Positions 26,918 to 32,000 of a stretch of DNA of 32,000 nucleotides are shown here, piece by piece; the stretch's first letter is position 1, and the number at the start of each line of letters is the position of its first letter. The notes under the pieces were generated by a model. The model did not search any database. It had not been told where the DNA came from and worked only from the letters and a program-made list of their open reading frames with translations. The DNA comes from Candidatus Saccharimonadota bacterium (GTDB lineage Bacteria > Patescibacteriota > Patescibacteriia > 2-12-FULL-60-25). Made by a program: the position numbers and the translations under genes. The stretch is from contig OY970357.1 in the NCBI GenBank assembly GCA_963718585.1, forward strand, positions 420,001 to 452,000. The letters are read 5' to 3'.

Positions 26918-28261
26918 TTATCGGATATTAGCATTTTTTCGAGAGTGTGTCTTGCGTGTCAAAAGTTCTTTTGCGGCCCGTTTCCCCGCCTCCACGCCCG
27001 GTTGATCGTATGCGTTGATCCCGTACAATTCTCCGGCCATGGCCACGGCGATCTCAAAGAAGAGGACGAGTGCTCCGAAAGATGCGGGCGAGATCGACGG
27101 AATGGTCAATGTCCCGTTCGGATGATGGCTTGCACGGAGGGCTTCTGCCGTCCCAGCGCGTTCTGCGTGGATGACGTCTGTGAGGCGTTTGCCGGAAAGA
27201 TATGCAAGAGGAGGGAGGTCTGTGGCACTGGAAGGGATACGTACATCCCGATCGAAGCGGGAGATCTCGATGAATGTGACGATCTTATCATTCGGCCCTT
27301 CGGTGTAGAGTTGGATCTGGGAGTGTTGATCGGTCGCGCCAAGCGCTGCGATGGGCGTTGGGCCGACGTGGACGATGTCCCCTGCCCGATCCCGTTTCTT
27401 CCCAAGGCTTTCCGCCCAGAGTTGGCGGTACCACTTGCCGAATTCTGCGAGTCTCTGACCGTATGGCATGAGAACGTGGATCTTCTGTCCCCGCTTGCGG
27501 TCTCCCATGACATGCATGGCGGCATACAGGGCTGGATCACTTGCGCCGCGACGCTTTCGAAAGTCCTCGCGGACACTCATTGCTCCCGTAAGCATCGAGC
27601 GGATATCGATTCCCGCGCAAGCAAGCGGGAAGAGTCCGACGGCGGTCAGGATCGAAAATCGTCCACCGATGTTGTCCGGGACCGCAAGCGCATCATACCC
27701 ATGAGATCGGACGAGTTCACGCAGGGCGCCACCGTGTGGATCCGTGGTCGCGACCACGCGCTTTGCAAAGCCCTTTGGACCTAATGAACGGATCATGTGG
27801 TCACGGATCACCAAGAACGCGCTCATGGGCTCGATCGTGCCGCCGGATTTCGAGATGACGTTCACGATCGTGGTCTTTGGGTCGATCCGATCCAAGATGT
27901 CGTTCAGTGCATCAGGATCCGTATTGTCCCCCGCGAAAAGGAGGTTCATTCCTTTCCCTACCTTGTTCAACGCGGCGTAGGCGGCACGGGCTCCCAGATC
28001 AGACCCACCGATCCCAATGACGACGCAGGTCTTCGCCGTGCGGTGTTTTTTGACCAGTGTGGCGATGTTCGTCATCAGGCTCTCATCATCCGGACATCCC
28101 AACCATCCCTGGGCACCATCCTTCCAATCCTTGAGGACTTGCGCCGCGGCTTTGGTCAATTTCGGTTTGCACTTTTGCAGTTCTGCGGTCGAAACCCCGC
28201 TCCGTCCAACGGCGGTCGTGCGCATGTTCGTCCGATCGTAATCGATCAATGGTTTGGGCAT
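26918..28261 (-). CDS. pgi: Glucose-6-phosphate isomerase
   Basis: VVIGIGGSDLGARAAY, GGRFS and GATDQHSQIQLY blocks of the short-type PGI family; 447 aa. Confidence 0.9.
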   Translation of the reverse strand: MPKPLIDYDRTNMRTTAVGRSGVSTAELQKCKPKLTKAAAQVLKDWKDGAQGWLGCPDDESLMTNIATLVKKHRTAKTCVVIGIGGSDLGARAAYAALNKVGKGMNLLFAGDNTDPDALNDILDRIDPKTTIVNVISKSGGTIEPMSAFLVIRDHMIRSLGPKGFAKRVVATTDPHGGALRELVRSHGYDALAVPDNIGGRFSILTAVGLFPLACAGIDIRSMLTGAMSVREDFRKRRGASDPALYAAMHVMGDRKRGQKIHVLMPYGQRLAEFGKWYRQLWAESLGKKRDRAGDIVHVGPTPIAALGATDQHSQIQLYTEGPNDKIVTFIEISRFDRDVRIPSSATDLPPLAYLSGKRLTDVIHAERAGTAEALRASHHPNGTLTIPSISPASFGALVLFFEIAVAMAGELYGINAYDQPGVEAGKRAAKELLTRKTHSRKNANIR

Positions 28262-28271
28262 AGGATAAGGT

Positions 28272-28829
28272 TCAGTGTTTTGCGTAGGTCCCGATCAGGG
28301 TCGTTTGTTCAAGGATATGACCACGCATCGCTGTTTCCGTCTGATCGCGAGAAGCGCCAGATGTCAGTTCAAGAGTCGTATCCAACGCGTACAGGTCAAA
28401 ATGGTAATGATGCGTCCCCGAAGGGGGGCACGGACCAAAATATCCATTCTCCCCTCTTCCATTCACCCCTTCTGTTCCCGGCGATCCGGCACCCTCATGG
28501 ATCTCCGTGGTTTCTGTAGGGATGTTGAATGTGACCCAGTGGGTGAAATCCATCGATGCATCAGGGTCATGGACGATCAGAACAAGCGATCGCGTTCCGC
28601 TCGGTGTACCCGTGATCATGAGGGGTGGGTTCTTTCCATCACCTTGGCAGGTATTTGCCGTGGGAATGGATCCGTTGGACGGAAATGCTGTGCTGGTCAG
28701 TGTCATGTGAATGACGGGAGTAGATCGTGGCGTTTGCGGTGTTGAAACGGTTCCCGTTGAGCAACCTGCACCGAATACGAACAGTGATACGACGATACCG
28801 AGGGTCAGAGATCGTCGTATACGCTTCAT
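28272..28829 (-). CDS. YbhB/YbcL (PEBP) family lipoprotein
   Basis: Lipobox LFVFGAGC, then PEBP motifs LIVHDPDA, THWVTFNIP and GYFGPCPPSGTHHYHFDLYALD. Confidence 0.85.
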   Translation of the reverse strand: MKRIRRSLTLGIVVSLFVFGAGCSTGTVSTPQTPRSTPVIHMTLTSTAFPSNGSIPTANTCQGDGKNPPLMITGTPSGTRSLVLIVHDPDASMDFTHWVTFNIPTETTEIHEGAGSPGTEGVNGRGENGYFGPCPPSGTHHYHFDLYALDTTLELTSGASRDQTETAMRGHILEQTTLIGTYAKH

Positions 28830-28847
28830 GATATCGAATGTATGCGA

Positions 28848-29252
28848 TCAGGTCACGCGAAGGACGACGTGCCACTCGCCTTCTTCTGACTTTTCGGCCA
28901 CTCCGATCGCCTCTGCCGAGGTCACCCGATGCTCATACTGCTCGGCATGGACCAGTTCGAGTTCTGCTTCCGCGTGGGTCTCAGTCAACTGCTTGAAGAA
29001 GATATTCTTGACCACAGAAGAGGCTTCAAGTGCCGTCTTGAGTGCGTGTGACACAACAGCCGCAAGGAGTGTCGTCCGATCCGCGGCGTCAGCCGTGATC
29101 GTCGTTTTCGTCTTCTTTCCGTTGATCGTCTGGACATCTTTTCGTAAAAGCTCGGTCGCCCCACGGACCGACTCAAAGAAAAGACCGACCACGGTCTTCG
29201 AGTCTATCGTGAGCGTCCACGCGTTCCCGTCTTGTTTCAGAGTGAATGACAT
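28848..29252 (-). CDS. Hypothetical protein (weak archease-like layout)
   Basis: 134-aa ORF overlapping the rsmE stop by 16 nt, which suggests translational coupling. No conserved catalytic motif was recognised. Confidence 0.55.
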   Translation of the reverse strand: MSFTLKQDGNAWTLTIDSKTVVGLFFESVRGATELLRKDVQTINGKKTKTTITADAADRTTLLAAVVSHALKTALEASSVVKNIFFKQLTETHAEAELELVHAEQYEHRVTSAEAIGVAEKSEEGEWHVVLRVT

Positions 29253-29938
29253 AGAAGATATGTTGCGATCGTTGCGGCCGTCTCGGCACGAAGGACGAGA
29301 TCTCCCAGGCCGACCGTTGTCATGTCGTGCTGTTCTGCCAAGGCGATCTCGGCATCATCCCATCCGCCCTCGGGTCCGATGAAGATCCCGATCCGATCAG
29401 CCGGTACGTTGATATCAGCGATCGGGCCTGCGCCGATCTCGCAGAAGTAGTGTACCTGAGTTTCCCCCATCGAGGCGACCGCCGTGTCAAAGGTGAGTGG
29501 TTCCGCGACCTCTGGGACGCGCCCTCTCCCGCATTGTTCTGCGGCTTCTTTAGCGATGGCCCGTACCCGATCCATCTTCAATCCCCGCTTTACGGTCCGT
29601 TTCGTGATCAGCGGGACGATCCGGGTGGCTCCGCACTCCACCGCTTTTTGGACGAGGATCTCAAAGGTCTCTCTCCGGAGTACGGCGGCATACAACGTGA
29701 CGCTTCGTTTCGGTTCTGGGGTCTGGTGCGGTCGCTCCTGCAGACTGATGGTCAGTGCCCGTTTATCGATATGGACGACTGCGCCGAGCGCTTCTCTTCC
29801 ATCCCCATCACTCAAGATCAGCTCATCGCCGACCTGTAAGCGGAGGACGTGTGACATCTGATGGACCATCTCCTTGTCCATGACACGAACCTCGGGTTTC
29901 GTGAGGTCAAATGGGCCGATGAATCGATGGCGTTTCAT
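29237..29938 (-). CDS. rsmE: 16S rRNA (uracil1498-N3)-methyltransferase
   Basis: MKRHRFIGPFDL N-terminus, HVLRLQVGDELILSDGDG (PUA-like) and IFIGPEGGW (SPOUT knot). Confidence 0.88.
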   Translation of the reverse strand: MKRHRFIGPFDLTKPEVRVMDKEMVHQMSHVLRLQVGDELILSDGDGREALGAVVHIDKRALTISLQERPHQTPEPKRSVTLYAAVLRRETFEILVQKAVECGATRIVPLITKRTVKRGLKMDRVRAIAKEAAEQCGRGRVPEVAEPLTFDTAVASMGETQVHYFCEIGAGPIADINVPADRIGIFIGPEGGWDDAEIALAEQHDMTTVGLGDLVLRAETAATIATYLLCHSL

Positions 29939-29944
29939 GCCTGT

Positions 29945-29972
29945 AGTATACGCGATGGGCCGGATGAGCCAA
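29945..29972 (-). promoter_or_regulatory. Putative promoter with leaderless geometry (minus strand): TTGGCT-N16-TATACT-N6-ATG(29938)
   Basis: The reverse complement of 29967-29972 is TTGGCT and that of 29945-29950 is TATACT. Confidence 0.4.
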
Positions 29973-29975
29973 ACC

Positions 29976-30004
29976 TTGACGGTCCGCCGAATGGCACGTA
30001 TATT
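29976..30004 (+). promoter_or_regulatory. tRNA-Gln promoter: TTGACG-N17-TATATT
   Basis: -35 at 29976-29981 and -10 at 29999-30004, ending 19 nt upstream of the mature tRNA 5' end. It stands back-to-back with the rsmE promoter. Confidence 0.55.
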
Positions 30005-30023
30005 CTTCGCACAAATAAGCCGT

Positions 30024-30097
30024 TCGGGGATCGTCTAATGGTAGGACAGCTGACTCTGAATCAGCCAATCTAGGTTCGAGCCCTAGTCCCCGAGCCA
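30024..30097 (+). tRNA. tRNA-Gln (anticodon CTG), CCA encoded
   Basis: Hand-folded cloverleaf. Acceptor TCGGGGA/TCCCCGA; D-arm GTCT-AATGGTA-GGAC; anticodon arm GCTGA-CT[CTG]AA-TCAGC; variable loop CAAT; T-arm CTAGG-TTCGAGC-CCTAG; discriminator G; CCA. Confidence 0.9.
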
Positions 30098-30132
30098 AGG
30101 AAAACACACCGTCGCAAAATGGTGTGTTTTTT
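30081..30132 (+). repeat. Direct repeat copy 1: last 17 nt of tRNA-Gln (from the T-loop) plus the 35-nt downstream terminator
   Basis: ccctagtccccgagccaaggaaaacacaccgtcgcaaaatggtgtgtttttt is identical to 30241-30292. Confidence 0.95.
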
Positions 30133-30133
30133 T
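30101..30133 (+). terminator. Rho-independent terminator after tRNA-Gln (duplicated at 30261-30292)
   Basis: AAAACACACC, 10-nt loop, GGTGTGTTTT, followed by additional Ts. Confidence 0.6.
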
Positions 30134-30196
30134 ACGGGACGGGGGCTCGAACAGGGAAAGGGTGAAAACGGAAGTGTTCACATGGTGAGGAGGGTC

Positions 30197-30220
30197 TGCG
30201 GGAACCCGAAGGTTCCCGCA
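30197..30220. other. Perfect 10-bp hairpin inside the 108-bp insert between the repeat copies
   Basis: TGCGGGAACC-cgaa-GGTTCCCGCA. No T-run follows it. Confidence 0.8.
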
Positions 30221-30240
30221 AACGCGAAGCGTGAGAGATG

Positions 30241-30292
30241 CCCTAGTCCCCGAGCCAAGGAAAACACACCGTCGCAAAATGGTGTGTTTTTT
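30241..30292 (+). repeat. Direct repeat copy 2 (tRNA-Gln 3' fragment plus terminator, with no tRNA body upstream)
   Basis: 52/52 identity to 30081-30132 at an exact 160-bp offset. The T-run is one base shorter than in copy 1. Confidence 0.95.
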
Positions 30293-30294
30293 AT

Positions 30295-30323
30295 AAAAAA
30301 AGACCGCGGTCGGAGCCGCGGTC
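30295..30323 (-). terminator. Rho-independent terminator for the small lipoprotein / dnaX transcription unit
   Basis: The minus strand reads GACCGCGG-ctccga-CCGCGGTC followed by TTTTTTT. The stem overlaps the stop codon at 30322-30324. Confidence 0.7.
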
Positions 30324-30648
30324 ATGGAGACATTGTATGGACGGGTGCTGACTCTGTCCCTCCGTCGCTGACCTGGTCCGCGCCTCCATCGGATGCGGAT
30401 CGGACGTTGATGTTCGTCGCACCGATCGCGTCGAGGACCTTCTGCGCTGAATCATTGGATCGATCGATCTGATCGACCGAATCGTGAACAGAGCGTTGTG
30501 CATACCCCATCCGTGGATCGTCTTGAAGGTACAGGGTCAACGGTGGCGGGATGTTCCGATAGATCATCCGCCGTTGGACGGGTCGCGCCGGCCGTTCGTG
30601 CGTGCACGAAAGGGCGATGAACGCCGAAATGAACAAACAAAAACGCAT
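30322..30648 (-). CDS. Small lipoprotein of unknown function
   Basis: Strong SD GGAGGTGA ending 3 nt upstream of the ATG at 30648, and an MRFCLFISAFIALSC lipobox; 108 aa. Confidence 0.7.
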   Translation of the reverse strand: MRFCLFISAFIALSCTHERPARPVQRRMIYRNIPPPLTLYLQDDPRMGYAQRSVHDSVDQIDRSNDSAQKVLDAIGATNINVRSASDGGADQVSDGGTESAPVHTMSP

Positions 30649-30692
30649 CTCACCTCCTTCGAAGTCCACATTAGGAAACGGCCGGGAGCCTG

Positions 30693-32000
30693 TCAAACCG
30701 CTGCCGCACCCCCCTCTTCAACGACCTGACCACCGAACGTATCGATGATGGAAGAGAGGTTGGTCTTCGCGACCTTCGTCTCTTCCGTGGTGATCACTCC
30801 TTCAAGATGCACATCCTGAACACCCATCGCTTCATTGAACGCCGCTTCGACCGTACGTCTGGTCTTCGCGTCGTTAAGGGTCTTTTCTCGATGGAATGGA
30901 TATTGGAAAGCGATCTTCACCAGATCCCCATCGATCTCAAGCGGACGACAGATCTTAAGGACAAAGGTCAGGCTCGGACTACGTTGTTCGATCAGCTTCA
31001 AAAAAGATGGCCACTTCGCACGAACCATATCCAACGTCAACGCGCTTTTTGAAGTGGAATGTGTCGTTGGTTTAGATGATCCTGTTGGTTTGGATGGAGT
31101 GACTTCAGATGGTTTTGACTCGATCGTAGGCGCGCTATTCCTTGGCATCGTCGGCTGTTGTGAGGTGTTCTGCGACGTTGCGTGTGGAAGAATACCCAAA
31201 CTGACAGAGGCGGTCGCCAGCTCAAGACAGAAACGAGGGTCAGCACCCTGTTTGGCGTCGCGACGACGCTCCATGAGCATCAAGGCCATATCTGAAAGCT
31301 CTGCGGCATCAAACGCCCCGACGAGTCCCGCAAGCGCCTGCGCGCCTTCGTCTCCGTTTTTCAAACGACCCACGGAACCAGCGTCATCAGCGGCAAGGAG
31401 TAGCGTTCTGACTGCTTCGAGAAGATCATCAAAAAGCGGAACGATCGGGATCCCTTGGGATTCGAGCGTTTCGATCTGTTCAAGTGACGTTCCGAGTTTT
31501 CTGGTGGACCAATGTCTTAGGAGGTCCGCCGCGAGGGGAAGTCGGGAGACGGGCAAGACCAAGCTCGCAACATCCGGAGTGATCTTCTTTTCCCCGAGAG
31601 AGATCAGTTGATCGAGAAAAGATTCCGCGTCACGGACGCATCCGTCTGATTTCGCCGCGATCGTATGGATGACCGCATCGTCGATCTTCACCTTTTCTGC
31701 GTCCGCGATCTTCCGGATCCGCGTTTCAAGGTCTTTGACCTCGATCCGTTTGAAATCGAATCGTTGACATCGGCTCTGGATCGTCGCCGGTACCTTGTGG
31801 AGTTCCGTGGTGATAAAAATGAACTTGGCGTACGGCGGGGGTTCTTCGATCGTCTTCAGGAGGGCATTCCACGCCGCGATGGAGAGCATATGTGCCTCGT
31901 CCAGGGCGTAGACCTTGTATGTGCGGTGCGACGGGGCGAATCGGACGTGTTCGATGATCGCTTCACGGATGTTATCGACACCCGTATTCGACGCAGCATC
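30693..32000 (-). CDS. dnaX: DNA polymerase III subunit gamma/tau (5' end outside the window)
   Basis: The frame stays open to the window edge: DAASNTGVDNIREAIIEHVRFAPSHRTYKVYALDEAHMLSIAAWNALLKTIEEPPPYAKFIFITTELHKVPATIQSRCQRFDF (Walker B/sensor blocks of clamp-loader AAA+). A Ser/Thr/Pro-rich linker and a C-terminal domain follow. Confidence 0.9.
   Translation of the reverse strand, partial: DAASNTGVDNIREAIIEHVRFAPSHRTYKVYALDEAHMLSIAAWNALLKTIEEPPPYAKFIFITTELHKVPATIQSRCQRFDFKRIEVKDLETRIRKIADAEKVKIDDAVIHTIAAKSDGCVRDAESFLDQLISLGEKKITPDVASLVLPVSRLPLAADLLRHWSTRKLGTSLEQIETLESQGIPIVPLFDDLLEAVRTLLLAADDAGSVGRLKNGDEGAQALAGLVGAFDAAELSDMALMLMERRRDAKQGADPRFCLELATASVSLGILPHATSQNTSQQPTMPRNSAPTIESKPSEVTPSKPTGSSKPTTHSTSKSALTLDMVRAKWPSFLKLIEQRSPSLTFVLKICRPLEIDGDLVKIAFQYPFHREKTLNDAKTRRTVEAAFNEAMGVQDVHLEGVITTEETKVAKTNLSSIIDTFGGQVVEEGGAAAV

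Noticed and set aside
30133-30240. Insert between the tRNA-Gln repeats as a second tRNA, tRNA-like or tmRNA gene
   Set aside because: No T-arm 5' half precedes the second CCTAG. The ACGGGGG at 30134-30140 pairs only imperfectly with the acceptor 3' strand. The GCTCGAAC at 30143-30150 is an inverted T-loop-like octamer without a stem. At 108 nt the segment is also far too short for a tmRNA.
30119-30472. 117-aa plus-strand ORF spanning the repeat region
   Set aside because: It runs through two terminators and the repeat, then continues antisense to the SD-equipped lipoprotein gene. Its composition is not protein-like.
30693-32000. Programmed -1 frameshift site in dnaX (A AAA AAG type) producing gamma
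   Set aside because: I found no A-AAA-AAG heptamer in the coding strand. The only A-runs (for example GAAAAAC near 31365-31371 on the minus strand) are not in the required frame or context.

Overview
This is a compact, almost gap-free bacterial core-genome window with moderately high G+C by eye. It uses the standard genetic code: TGA serves as a stop at several overlapping gene junctions.

The gene content fits a reduced-genome Patescibacteria/CPR-like organism. That inference rests on a DUF5671-like protein, a small N-terminally anchored YELCATF...CFE protein, multi-module surface lipoproteins, many 4-nt gene overlaps and few Shine-Dalgarno sites.

Recognisable genes:
- a complete F-type ATP synthase operon (atpZ-B-E-F-H-A-G-D-C)
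- gltX, glmS, clpB, pgi and dnaX (5' end runs off the window)
- a Dus-family tRNA-dihydrouridine synthase, rsmI, rsmE, tatD, cvpA and thpR
- a GT26 TagA/WecG-like glycosyltransferase, an M23 peptidase, a PEBP/YbhB lipoprotein and a YtxH-like protein
- tRNA-Gln(CTG)

I do not see a defence island, a CRISPR array, a transposase or integrase gene, or any other obvious multi-gene accessory system. The items most worth a second look:
1. A 52-nt perfect direct repeat duplicates the 3' end of tRNA-Gln plus its terminator 160 bp downstream, bracketing a 108-bp insert with a perfect 10-bp hairpin. This resembles an att-like scar.
2. At eight operon-leading genes the start codon lies 6-11 nt behind a -10 box, which suggests leaderless mRNAs. 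Two intergenic regions carry back-to-back divergent promoters of this kind.
3. A perfect CIRCE (HrcA) operator overlaps the clpB promoter.
4. A 664-aa lipoprotein combines a collagen-like Gly-X-Y tract with three beta-rich modules. It is driven by the best consensus promoter in the window through an unusually long, hairpin-rich leader.
5. Five same-direction frame breaks are confined to the first two genes of a four-gene all-membrane operon.
6. An orphan 243-aa protein with a cold-shock-like N-terminus lies between glmS and the tagA-like gene.

All family assignments come from motifs read by eye. No searches were run.
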